A stretch of 63,827 nt of DNA, filler included, from Stramenopiles sp. TOSAG23-6 (lineage: Eukaryota): assembly GCA_900128565.1 (NCBI GenBank). It is 3 parts of 3 records of this genome, joined end to end, with 100 filler letters (N's around TTAATTAATTAA, not from the genome) between each part and the next. Parts side by side here need not be neighbours in the genome. Positions count along the whole stretch, not along the records: positions 22,283 to 44,382 come from LT636019.1; 2 more parts are not named here. The stretch is one strand, 5' to 3'. The notes below the pieces were generated by a model that saw only the letters and a program-made list of their open reading frames with translations, had not been told where the DNA came from and did not search any database. How positions within the stretch are numbered: position 1 is the first letter of the stretch; each line of letters starts with the position of its first letter. A program made the translations under genes and the position numbers. Positions 22,308 to 32,784 of this stretch are shown piece by piece.

Positions 22308-24116
22308 ATGGGTACAATGGGATTCGTACCAACGACATTATCACCAATAGCTGGTTCACCATCACATAATGCCGGGGATAATGGAAATTTCTTTGGAGTA
22401 GCTATGCAAATGCAGATGCAACAGGCTGCATTACAACAGGCAGCCATTAAACACGCCGCGATGCAACAGGCAGCGATGCAACAGGCAGCAATACAGCAAC
22501 AGATTATGCAAAATAGTATGGTGATGCAACAAATGCCTCACATGCAACAAATGCCTCACATGCAACAAATGCCTCATATGCACAATTATCACCAGCTCCA
22601 ACAACAGCAGTTTCAACACCAGTTAATGGAAAATAATCCTGGAGGTCTAGAAATGCCACAAAATATGTATCATAGTAGTCAATACAACTCTATCCCTAGT
22701 GGCAGGAGTTATAGTTCATATCAGCATCCCAACGGAAGTAGTACCAATAGAAGTGCAGGCTATGATAATGGTTTTGATTCATCGGCGTCTGGGCGGAGTA
22801 ATAGTAATAGAGGCAGTGTATTTCAACCGTATAACGCACCACCTAGTTTTAGATCAAGTAATGGTAGTTATACCAATTCATATAATACAAATATTCGGGA
22901 TACAGAAAGTGTAGGTGGCACAACTAGAGATAGAAGGCATAGTGGTAGAAGAAGTAACAATAGATCGAGAGCATCTCGTGGTTCATTTTCATCAACTGGA
23001 TCTATGCCTAATAGAAGATCTGGAGGTGTAGGTAGCGATCGTCATCAGTCTGGAAGTGCTCGCTTATTACCCAAGCATATTCAAGTTAGATTCTGTGAAT
23101 CTTTGCGATCTTTTTACATTAGATATGACCCAGAGGTATTGCAAGAGCCGGGTAGATTACCAAGTATTCTACGTAGTTATAGAGGGCGAGAAATGTATTT
23201 AGTTGCTGATATTGAACGACAGTTTGGATCTAGTCCAGAATCAAGAGCAATAGCGGCTGCTTTACAGACAAATAGAGGACCTCGATCAGTAAGTAGGGGT
23301 GTTGGATGGATAGGTAATAGTTCAAGTAATTCCTCAAGTGCTGCTGCAACAGCAGCGAGTGCGTCCGCAAGGCGTCTAAAATCGCCAAGAGCCCAAGGAT
23401 TGTTTGACAACTTAAAAAATGGCCCATCAGGAGCAAAAACAAGTCGACCTAATACTCGTGTATCAAAGCGAGAGGATGATCAAGGTTCGATGTCAGAAAG
23501 ATCAAAATCGAAAGATAGATATCCAGTATTACTTAGTCCATTGCCAAAGACCAAAACAAATGCACCTTTAAGTAGAACATTGAGTGAATCTTCGATTAGT
23601 TCATCGGAATTATCTTCTAGCACAAAGCCAATAAGTTTTGCACTTCAAGAAGCTGCAGCGAATATCAATGATGACTTTCCTGAACTTGTTAACATAAATT
23701 CTAGTGAAGTTACAAGTGATGGATCTCCTACTAATCAACGACCAAGATTAAATCCACTTTCAGCAGGCGAAGCATCAACAATCTCTAATCCAGATAGAAT
23801 ACACGACGTTGATGTTGGAAAATTTTATAAGAAGAAAAAAAAGAAAAAGAAAAAATCACCAAAAGGGCATAAAAAAAACAAACTGAATACCCCCAAAAAG
23901 CAAAGACTTGAACGAGAAGCTGCTCTGAGATTACTAAAAAAAAATACAATAAATGTGAGACCAAAAGTTGCAGCTCCAAGACGAGCCCCCCCTTCGGGAC
24001 CCCCACCAAAACCTTCAGGGCCTCCAGTGATAAGGTCGGCAATACATTCATCTAGGTCAAGATCTTCAAGGAGTGACTTAAGTGGGCGGAGAAATGCAGT
24101 AGATAATGAATATTAA
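22308..24116 (+). CDS. Low-complexity Q/S/R/K-rich protein, possibly 5'-truncated by the gap
   Basis: 602-aa ORF with MQQMPH repeats and a small LRSFYIRYDPE..IL.SYRGRE..L domain. Confidence 0.65.
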   Translation: MGTMGFVPTTLSPIAGSPSHNAGDNGNFFGVAMQMQMQQAALQQAAIKHAAMQQAAMQQAAIQQQIMQNSMVMQQMPHMQQMPHMQQMPHMHNYHQLQQQQFQHQLMENNPGGLEMPQNMYHSSQYNSIPSGRSYSSYQHPNGSSTNRSAGYDNGFDSSASGRSNSNRGSVFQPYNAPPSFRSSNGSYTNSYNTNIRDTESVGGTTRDRRHSGRRSNNRSRASRGSFSSTGSMPNRRSGGVGSDRHQSGSARLLPKHIQVRFCESLRSFYIRYDPEVLQEPGRLPSILRSYRGREMYLVADIERQFGSSPESRAIAAALQTNRGPRSVSRGVGWIGNSSSNSSSAAATAASASARRLKSPRAQGLFDNLKNGPSGAKTSRPNTRVSKREDDQGSMSERSKSKDRYPVLLSPLPKTKTNAPLSRTLSESSISSSELSSSTKPISFALQEAAANINDDFPELVNINSSEVTSDGSPTNQRPRLNPLSAGEASTISNPDRIHDVDVGKFYKKKKKKKKKSPKGHKKNKLNTPKKQRLEREAALRLLKKNTINVRPKVAAPRRAPPSGPPPKPSGPPVIRSAIHSSRSRSSRSDLSGRRNAVDNEY

Positions 24117-24506
24117 AAAATATTTAACAAATAAAATTTAATTTTGGTGAAAATTTTATGAATTAATATATTTTTAGGGGTATGGGCAATGAATACGAAG
24201 ATATAGATAAAATTTCATTTCTAGATTTATTTTCATTGTGTATTGGATCAAACAAACACCAAAAGAAGAATCACTAGTAAATATTCGAATTATTTGTGAT
24301 GTCTACGTATTCCGGTCTACAGCCGTTTTTTTGACCGTTAAAAGTTATCAGATACTAGGTGTAGTATCCTATACACGATACCCAAGCATATAATACATAG
24401 CTGTGCCTAAATATGAACTAGGAAATATTCTTACTATGATTATCCTTCAAAGAGTATATATGTTTTCATGTAGATATACTAAATAGAAAAATGCTATAAC
24501 ACCGCA

Positions 24507-26645
24507 ATGCTACGAGATAAAACAGATGTAGCGCACTGGCGCCATCGGCGATTTGCTCTAGGAAGTGAGTGGCGTGATGGAAGTCTAGTGAGAAAAGTTG
24601 ATTCTGTGTATATTACCAACAAATTTGGTTTAATGGTATCCCAGAGGAATTCAGTTAAATCACGTGAAAAAACAGGTCGTAAAAGGCAATATAGTGTACA
24701 AAGCCATTTACTCAAAGATTGTTCAAGAAGTCAAACAGAACAAAATCGTTCAACCAAACTACAGACCACACAGGAATCAAACACAAAGAAAGGTGCAGAA
24801 TCCCTTCAAAAGAAGAACAAGAAAATCGCATGTATTTTCCCTTTGAATAAAAAGTTCAGTACACCGCCATCAATTCCAGAAACACTTGGCATTGCACTTC
24901 CTGGACAGTGGGGTTCGGTACACGTCAAGCCTTCATCAACCACTTCTATACTAGATAGTCCAGTAGAACTCAAAAAAATAAAGGAATTGTCACCGAGGCA
25001 TTGCAAATCTTCTAGAAAAGAAGTGAATAGCTTTGGAGTTGTTGCGAATTGTGATGAAAATGAGGGTGTGGAATTCCAAAATAGAATAAAAGAATTAAAA
25101 ATAAAAAAATATCAAATACTAGATGAACGGGTACATTTCGAACAAAGTCTAAATAAGGTTAATATTACACTTGCTGATTTTCAAAAGCGGATAGACGATT
25201 GTAAAAACAAAATAGAAAAGGAAAAGCTACAGCTGATAAATATGAAACACAATATAAAGGAAACAGAAAAAGGTATTTGCGCCACCAAGGAAGAAAATAT
25301 CACTTATAAAGAAGATATAGAGACTTTATCTAAAGATGAACAAGCTATTGTTATTGACCGAGGTGTGGCATCCGCTACCTTGTACCTTGAAGATTTAAAG
25401 CAATCGGTTGTTGACATGGAAGAAAAGATAAAAATACATCAACGTACGATCAAAGATTTACACAACGCACATCATGAAGAACATAAAGCAAAGAAAAAGA
25501 TGGATAAAAAAATTAGACGTTCAAAATCTGCAGAAAATAAAATAATCAAAAAGTTACAGGAATTAAATGATTTAGCAGAAACCCATGCTATTGCAGTGGC
25601 GTCTGCTTTAGAGTCACGTCGACTCAAAGAAAGAAAAAAAGAAAAGGAAGCAAAACAAACTGAAGTGGAGGCTAGAAGAATTGAAGAGCAGAACAAAGAA
25701 AGGAAAAGAAGAGAAAATTTAGGATTGAAGTACACACCATCGAAATCATCTTTAGGTCTAAAAGTAATCCTAAATAAGCAAAATAGTACAAAACAAAATA
25801 CAAAGACATTGCATGGGGTACAGTGTATACCTTGTGGGAAGAAATTTATTCTTCAACGTGATTATGAAGCACATTGCAAAAGTGGTAAGCACCTTCGCAT
25901 AATGCATCGACACAATAAAAAACAGATGCAACGGATGCAAGATGATTTTGGCATTGATGTTGGAGCATTACTAAATTATCAAGCCATGGAAAATAAAGTA
26001 AACCATCCTGTGGAAAAGAAGCGAACTCTCCCACCACTAACTAGAGAGAGACTTTTAGAACAATGGCTTGGACGAGGTTGCCATCGTAATACAATTAATA
26101 GAAAAACACGACAACAGGGTCAAAATATTGGAATAGATAATTCACATCTCCAACAAAACTTGAAAGGGTTTCGCACACTATATGAGAAGTACGAAAATAT
26201 AACACAGTGTAAAGCAAGGAAAAAGGAAAAACAGAATCAAATACGCCGAATTAAAAAACACCGACAATCTGGAGGTCGTCGTACATTAGACAAGAAAAAA
26301 CCATACCTTCCAAAACTTTGCTTGTATACAGCCAAATTATATAGCAGCGCAGATGCAAGCCATTTCGATGTGAAGCAAAAAAGAGACATTTTGCCTCCTT
26401 TTCAGAGAAATATTCGCGATCTACCAATAAATCATAAGCGAAAGTTGGAACTTCTTTTACCAACACGAAATCTTCATATTAAAGAGCGTGCATTACTTTG
26501 TCACTTGGCAGAAACAGAAGCTATACCAGATGTACCAAAGTGGAAAGCAAATGACAATGAAGTTCTGCGAGGTATTACAGATGCATCAGCTGTAATGCAT
26601 GATCTCTATAAAACAGCTTGTGTTAGAGCAATTGAAAATAACTAA
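24507..26645 (+). CDS. Coiled-coil protein with a C2H2 (matrin/U1-type) zinc finger
   Basis: CIPCGKKF....DYEAHCKSGKH; long K/E-rich heptads. Confidence 0.7.
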   Translation: MLRDKTDVAHWRHRRFALGSEWRDGSLVRKVDSVYITNKFGLMVSQRNSVKSREKTGRKRQYSVQSHLLKDCSRSQTEQNRSTKLQTTQESNTKKGAESLQKKNKKIACIFPLNKKFSTPPSIPETLGIALPGQWGSVHVKPSSTTSILDSPVELKKIKELSPRHCKSSRKEVNSFGVVANCDENEGVEFQNRIKELKIKKYQILDERVHFEQSLNKVNITLADFQKRIDDCKNKIEKEKLQLINMKHNIKETEKGICATKEENITYKEDIETLSKDEQAIVIDRGVASATLYLEDLKQSVVDMEEKIKIHQRTIKDLHNAHHEEHKAKKKMDKKIRRSKSAENKIIKKLQELNDLAETHAIAVASALESRRLKERKKEKEAKQTEVEARRIEEQNKERKRRENLGLKYTPSKSSLGLKVILNKQNSTKQNTKTLHGVQCIPCGKKFILQRDYEAHCKSGKHLRIMHRHNKKQMQRMQDDFGIDVGALLNYQAMENKVNHPVEKKRTLPPLTRERLLEQWLGRGCHRNTINRKTRQQGQNIGIDNSHLQQNLKGFRTLYEKYENITQCKARKKEKQNQIRRIKKHRQSGGRRTLDKKKPYLPKLCLYTAKLYSSADASHFDVKQKRDILPPFQRNIRDLPINHKRKLELLLPTRNLHIKERALLCHLAETEAIPDVPKWKANDNEVLRGITDASAVMHDLYKTACVRAIENN

Positions 26646-26899
26646 TAATATGTTAATATTTTCAACTGAAAAACAACACGTGGAATATAGAGTTGAAAAT
26701 GATAAAAAGTATCACTTTTATTTTTTTAAGATTATGGGACTATTTTTTGAGTAAAACATAGCTTCTGTGATATTGTATACAATGTCTTCAATTATAGAAG
26801 AAATTGGTCAAAATATTTTTCAAGAAAGGCTACAGTTTTTTTGGACTTGCTGTGAAATTTAATGAATCTTTACCAAAGGACGACGATAAAAATTGTGAG

Positions 26900-27562
26900 T
26901 TAGGAACAACACTTTTGCGATATACCCAATCGGTTTTGTGCAAAGTTAATTTTACTGGTAGATGAAGTGTTCCGTGCATTGCCAACAGAAGTATCTTTTT
27001 GGGCTTGATCGTAGGTCTTCATAATGAGTTTCTTGAAGGCTTTATCAATATTTTCTCCAGTCATGGCAGAAGTTCGCATACTCATCAGACCCTCTTTGCG
27101 ACAAAAATCTTCGTGCTCTTCACGAGACACACAACTCGACGAATCATTTGCATTCTGTAATAAATCAATCTTATTACCTACAAGCATTATGCAATTTTGT
27201 ACACCACTTTCTTCATCTGCAGAATCGCGAAGCTCTTTCAACCACGTAACTTTTGCATCCTCAAAGGATTTTACACTAGTGACATCATACACAACTAAGG
27301 CACCAGCGGCACGCCTATAATGCGCACTAGTAATTGCACGGTATCGCTCTTGGCCAGCAGTATCCCAAATTTGTGCTTTAATACTCTGTCCACTCGGTGT
27401 CTCAACCACCTTGGTCCCAAATTCCACACCAATTGTAGGCTTGGACGCACTAGGTTCATATGGACCAGTTGAAGGGCGCGTATAATATCCCAACATTTGA
27501 GTTTTACCTACACCTGCATTACCTATCAGTACAACTTTGTACACATCAGCATTAGAAGCCAT
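26900..27562 (-). CDS. Rab GTPase, Rab11-like (divergent)
   Basis: [47 protein letters not shown]-terminal CCS. Confidence 0.92.
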   Translation of the reverse strand: MASNADVYKVVLIGNAGVGKTQMLGYYTRPSTGPYEPSASKPTIGVEFGTKVVETPSGQSIKAQIWDTAGQERYRAITSAHYRRAAGALVVYDVTSVKSFEDAKVTWLKELRDSADEESGVQNCIMLVGNKIDLLQNANDSSSCVSREEHEDFCRKEGLMSMRTSAMTGENIDKAFKKLIMKTYDQAQKDTSVGNARNTSSTSKINFAQNRLGISQKCCS

Positions 27563-28033
27563 TTGCAGATGAAATCTATCCTATTGTTGTATAAAACCGG
27601 AAAGACAATTTGAAATTCAAAAGGAGTTTGTTTTCGAGAGAGGGAGATGCTCTCGAGATAGATGCTCCTAAAAAAAACGAAGATTGCGGAAACCCTAACC
27701 CTAATCGTAACGGATTTTTTATGATATTTCTTCTTTGTGTCAAAGGACGTTTAACTTTTATAAAACAATTCTGTCTATCTGTTGTCGGTATATCCTTGGC
27801 ATGCCACAGACTGGTACATTGCGTGGTTGAATCAGTTGTAGAAATAAACAAAAGGCTCATAAATAGAATGATACGCTTATGGGGGAAACCGTGGCAGTTT
27901 CTCGCTAGAATTCCATTATCTACACAAGGTGTTTGATCTCCTTGTAGCATATTTCAAAGACTACTACGGAGGTGAACACTTTATATAGTAAGTATTGGAA
28001 ATACTACAAAGGAACGAGATTTGCTGTAAAAAC

Positions 28034-28904
28034 ATGCTTCTGATGTTGTATACAATACTAGTCGTGGTAGTTTGTATTTTGTTTTTACTTTTACCTTCTT
28101 GGAGTATTTTACAATTTGTTCTTTTCCTAAGTTTTGTTTTGGGTGTTTTGTATGTTACACCAACGACATCCTTGTTTACGCAGCTGCGTTCCTCTCAAAA
28201 CCGTGCCATATGTAAAAAGAATAGTGTAGAGCTCAATTTGAATAATAGCAATATTATCTCTTTTAACGGAAAACAATGGGTCAAAATTGGACACACTGAT
28301 ATTTTTGACAAGAAAACTTCCATATTAATATCGAAACAAAATAATTTTCTGTGGTCTTCCCTTCAACTTCCACCAGTAGCTTTATTTCGGTTTGGTAGGG
28401 ATTCTCCTATATATGCAATACAAGATGAATGCCCCCACGTTGCAATTGGTTCGTTGGCAGAAGGAGAAGCTGCCTCTCTCGAAGATATTGAAGACTTTTC
28501 TGATGCGACGTGTAATGCAGCTGTTTCGTGCCCGATACATAGCTTTACTTTTGATCTTTCCACGGGTCAGTGCATTTCTAGAGATTCGTGTACTTTTTTT
28601 TTTTTTATCATTTTCAAATTCATTTTTTTTTAGTAAATAATCTTATCATTATAACATAGCTAACGATTTTCAAATTAGATGTATTTTCTTACTTATATGT
28701 GATGATGCTACTATTTATGAAACAATAATAAGTGAAGAGTTGTTTCCTTCTACTTGTGTGAAAAATAATGAAACGGGTTATATATGGCTATGCACGAAAC
28801 CTAAAAAAAGACGTGATGATGAAAAGTTTCTTATTTCGAATGTTGAAGGCGACAAAGTTCAGATGCACTTGGTGAAATTAGCTCTACAGAGAAAATATGG
28901 TTAG
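28034..28904 (+). CDS. Membrane-anchored Rieske [2Fe-2S] protein; exons 28034-28589 and 28699-28904
   Basis: YAIQDECPH and CPIHSFTFDLSTGQC Rieske boxes; second exon is open after removing a diverged repeat intron. Confidence 0.8.
28590..28698 (+). mobile_element. Diverged repeat-family intron GT...AT
   Basis: GTACTTTT..TTTCAAATTC..GCTAACG..TTACTTATAT; gives RDSC-DDATIYE. Confidence 0.7.
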
Positions 28905-29056
28905 GAAGTACAAAGGTTGAAGGAGATCAATTTTGTTAGATACGAAATTATATACGAAAAAAGAATCTTCCATTGGTGAACAAAACGAATTAAATTACAT
29001 AGGACAAACAATAATCAATTAATATTTANTATAATATAATANAATATAATAGTAAA

Positions 29057-30265
29057 CTAAGCCCAAAGCTGTTTTTCATCTGGTCGAATATTTCTTGTTT
29101 TTTCTATTATGGCATATAAGTTATCACAAGCATCAGTGTCGTTAATATTTGATGTATTTGTATTTGTTCCATCAGTGTCGTTCATTTTTGTATTTGTTTC
29201 TTGACTTTTCTGATTAGGGTGATGGTCGCTATTCTTTGATATGCTATTCTTTTGTCTCATACTGCACAAATCATCCACATTTTGTTTTTGTATTTCATCA
29301 GTACGTTTCCCCCCTCTTCTTAATAAGACATTTTCAGTCGCTTTTTTTTCCGCACGCATTTGAGAATTTCTTAATATTTCAAAAAATTTAACTTCCTGTT
29401 GAGTCAAATCTGGATGCCATATATCAAATATCAAATTGATACGACTCTCTGATGTATCATTCCATGCTTCATGTTCAAATGAATCATCAAAAACTATAAC
29501 TTTACCTTCAATAAAGTTTCTACTTTCTGAACCTACACGAATTCTGCACTTTCCCGCATTTTTAGGAATCACTAACGGAAAGTGAATCCGTAGTTTCTTG
29601 TTTGTAGGTCCATTATGTTTTACAATATGAGTGTGTGGTGCCATAGCCGAGAAGAAAGCATGTCCATATGATCGACCAAAACTTTTAAGTAATTCTACAG
29701 TTTGTGGGCACCTCGAACGATTTGCCTCAAAATCAACGTTATGAAGGCAGAGATAAAAAACGTTCCACTCGCCAGCATCATGCGCAGGTGCCCCAACACA
29801 AGGATCCTCTTGTATTTTGGAATCTACTTGACTTGACCAAGTGGGGGAACGATATGGTTGAAAACCACTGGTCGTATGAGCACAAGTTGCTTTTAAAGCT
29901 AATAGTTCGCTTTTGATTATTGAAAAATTGGCTTCCAGTTGAGAAATCCAGGGAAGAGCAGCAAACAATGTATCACCTTCCCAAAAAGCGTGCGATCTTA
30001 ACTTTGGTATTCGCTGAGGACACCCCATTTGCCATTGACTAAATCCTTGTGTGTGCGCTTTTGCACCAAGACCGGAAACCTGCTGCAAAACATATCCAAG
30101 AGCGCGAACATTATTTTTATCCCCAGCCATTTTGCGGATACGAAATAATGCTGCCTTTTTAGCAAAAGGAGATAGATGAAATTCATCCAGAAAAACTCCT
30201 ATTTTATTCATTATTTCATTTTCCCTATCGCACGAAGAGGTGGAATTATCGGATGAAGAATTCAT
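29057..30265 (-). CDS. Aspartyl/asparaginyl beta-hydroxylase domain protein
   Basis: W....L, CP.T..LL, FS.M.P.T.I..H.GPTN.KLR.H..L, FDDSFEHEAWN, R..LI.D.WHPDL. Confidence 0.9.
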   Translation of the reverse strand: MNSSSDNSTSSCDRENEIMNKIGVFLDEFHLSPFAKKAALFRIRKMAGDKNNVRALGYVLQQVSGLGAKAHTQGFSQWQMGCPQRIPKLRSHAFWEGDTLFAALPWISQLEANFSIIKSELLALKATCAHTTSGFQPYRSPTWSSQVDSKIQEDPCVGAPAHDAGEWNVFYLCLHNVDFEANRSRCPQTVELLKSFGRSYGHAFFSAMAPHTHIVKHNGPTNKKLRIHFPLVIPKNAGKCRIRVGSESRNFIEGKVIVFDDSFEHEAWNDTSESRINLIFDIWHPDLTQQEVKFFEILRNSQMRAEKKATENVLLRRGGKRTDEIQKQNVDDLCSMRQKNSISKNSDHHPNQKSQETNTKMNDTDGTNTNTSNINDTDACDNLYAIIEKTRNIRPDEKQLWA

Positions 30266-30364
30266 CTTCTTTTTCCTCAAGATGAAATTTGGATTTTGAT
30301 CTTAATTCTATCTCGAATCTCGAATTTAGATACATTTAGATATTTGAATTGAAGGCGTACTAGC

Positions 30365-30418
30365 TAGGGTTGGGGGTTAGGGTTGGGGGTTAGGGTTGGG
30401 GGTTAGGGTTGGGGGTTA
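30365..30418 (+). repeat. Tandem 12-mer (TTAGGGTTGGGG)x~4.5, telomere-like, in a divergent promoter
   Basis: tagggttgggggttagggttgggggttagggttgggggttagggttgggggtta. Confidence 0.9.
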
Positions 30419-30504
30419 TGTTGTGTACAAAACGACTTCGAGGAACTGGACTGGATCTTCGAGATCTCTTTTGCTGCTAGTCTGTCTACCACACGACAGC
30501 AACT

Positions 30505-32558
30505 ATGGATTCTGAGCATATATTCAATGGCATTGCTCAACAAGGGGCTCGAAAAGAGGGTGGAAGAGGCCGTGGAAGAGGTCATGGAAGTGGTCGTGGA
30601 AGAGGTCGTGGAAGAGGTCGCCGTGGAAGAGGTCGCGGTCGCCGTCACCATGCACAAAATGAAGTAAAACGTCACAATAGTGGTCACAAAAGAATTCGTG
30701 AGAGAAGTTACAGTTCATCCAGTCGTCAGGGTAGTCGTGATGCTCCGCGTACTGTAAAAGATCTGGAACAGCAGCTTTTTTCGCAAAATGTGCCGCAAGC
30801 ACGCAAAAAGAATAATAAAAAACGGAGGAAAAAAAAGAAAAATTCGTTGAATATTAATGTAAATTCTGCGAATAGTTCACAAAACAATGGCGTTCGGCGT
30901 TCACCTAGAGTAATTGCAAAAACTTTTCAGAACGATACTGAGATGCCGGATTTCACACCAACTATAAGTTCCGGAAAGAAAAAAGATTTTATGACTTCTT
31001 CTACTTTTGCTTCTTTGGACATTGACACGCGTCTAAAAAGAGGTCTGGCTGAAGTAATGAAATATGTCACAATGACACGTGTCCAAGAACAAACACTTCC
31101 AACTGCTCTAAGTGGAGTTGATTTACTTGCACAAGCTAAAACAGGGACGGGGAAGACTTTGGGATTTCTCATCCCTTCGATAGACAACGTCTTACGCTGT
31201 CGACAGCGTTTGAGTGGTGTTTCCATCATTGCAATTTCACCGACCAGAGAATTAGCTAACCAAATATGTACAGAAGCATCAAAGTTATTATATTTTCATC
31301 CTAATTTTAAGACGTGTTCAATGGTGGGTGGAACAAATAAAAAAACTGATATCAAACGTATCAAAAGTGGCATCGATCTTCTCGTAGCAACTCCTGGCAG
31401 GTTGATAGATCACTTGCAGTCAACTCCAGGATTTCGTGAGCAGTGTGCTAGTGTAAAAGTTTTGATTCTCGATGAAGCCGATCAAATGCTAGAGATGGGT
31501 TTCAGACCTGATCTTACACGAATTATTAGTTATTTACCAAAGGATAGGCAAAGTTTATTATTTTCTGCAACAATGCCTAAAAGTTTGATGGATGTGTGTA
31601 AAATTGCAGTTAAACATGATTATAAATATATCAATACAATACCAAAAGATCAGCAGCAGACTCACAAAAAAGTTCCACAAGCTGTTGTCGTTGCACCAGT
31701 GGATCAAATTACAAATATGGTTATGAAAGAAATCTCTATAGAGATGCAAAGGCATCCAAATAATTTTAAAGTCATGATATTTTTTGTGACTGCTCGTTTG
31801 ACCGGATTTATGGCAACTTTATGTCGAAAAGCTCGTATACCTACTATAGAAATGCATTCAAGAAAAAGTCAATCATACCGCACAAAAGCAGCCAAACAAT
31901 TCCGTGATGGAACAAAACTGGTATTGTTTACGTCTGATGTATCCGCGAGAGGTGTTGATTACCCTGATGTGACGCTTGTCATGCAAGTTGGTATGACTGA
32001 ACGAGAGCCTTACATGTATGTTTTATTTTTTTTCAAATTCGATTTTTTTTTCATACGAAATTTTGTACCTAACGAATTTTTTTTTGAAATATTTTTCTAA
32101 AATACATTCATCGTCTTGGTCGAACTGCTCGTGCAGCAAGTGGAGTAGAAGGTCGAGGAAAGCTAGTATTAGCCCCATTTGAGTCAAAATTTTGTCTTTC
32201 ATTACTTACTGAGTTACCTATACAATTTGAGACGTATGTGCCTTGCAAAGATACTCATCCAGAAGTTTTTACTCATGTGACTCGGATGCTGAATGATATA
32301 AAAAAAGATCCGGAAATGAGAAAAGCAGCTGCACAAGCGTATCAAGCATGGATTGGATTCTATAATGGTTACTTGCGAAAATTACGTTGGAACAAACCTG
32401 AACTCGTTCGCATGGGGACGGAATTTGCAAGGTCTATCAATGCATTGGACGTACAAGGAAACCCTCCAGCTCTTCTTCGACGAACTGTTGGGAAAATGGG
32501 ACTGAAAGGAATTCGTGGTCTTACGATTGTGAACTCACCAAATGATTTAGTCTACTAA
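30505..32558 (+). CDS. DEAD-box RNA helicase (Mss116/RH31-like) with RG-rich N-terminus; exons 30505-32015 and 32108-32558
   Basis: AKTGTGKT, PTRELA, TPGRL, DEAD, SAT, SARGVD; motif VI YIHRLGRTARA formed only after intron removal. Confidence 0.92.
32016..32107 (+). mobile_element. Repeat-family intron GT...AT (92 nt), close to consensus
   Basis: TAC AT|GTATG..TACCTAAC..AAAATACAT|T CAT CGT. Confidence 0.92.
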
Positions 32559-32784
32559 ATTTCTAAATTATTTAGAAAATGAAAAATATGTCGAATTTGA
32601 AAAAAACAAAAGTCAAAAAAAAGATCAAAAAAATGCTTGTGAGATACCTTACTTACTATATAGTTCAATCAAAATTAATGAAAGTTTTATATATAATATA
32701 TTATTCTTATAAATACACATATATCATTTTGTTTTTCAAGTCATTCTCGATATACCCATATCATAATCGATCCAGCAATTTTGT

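Noticed and set aside
32014-32105. Reading the repeats as classical U12 AT-AC introns
   Set aside because: The AT..AC register is an effect of the 2-nt duplication. The ATATCCTT donor is absent, and TT, GT and AC variants plus the VAC14 junction favour GT...NN.
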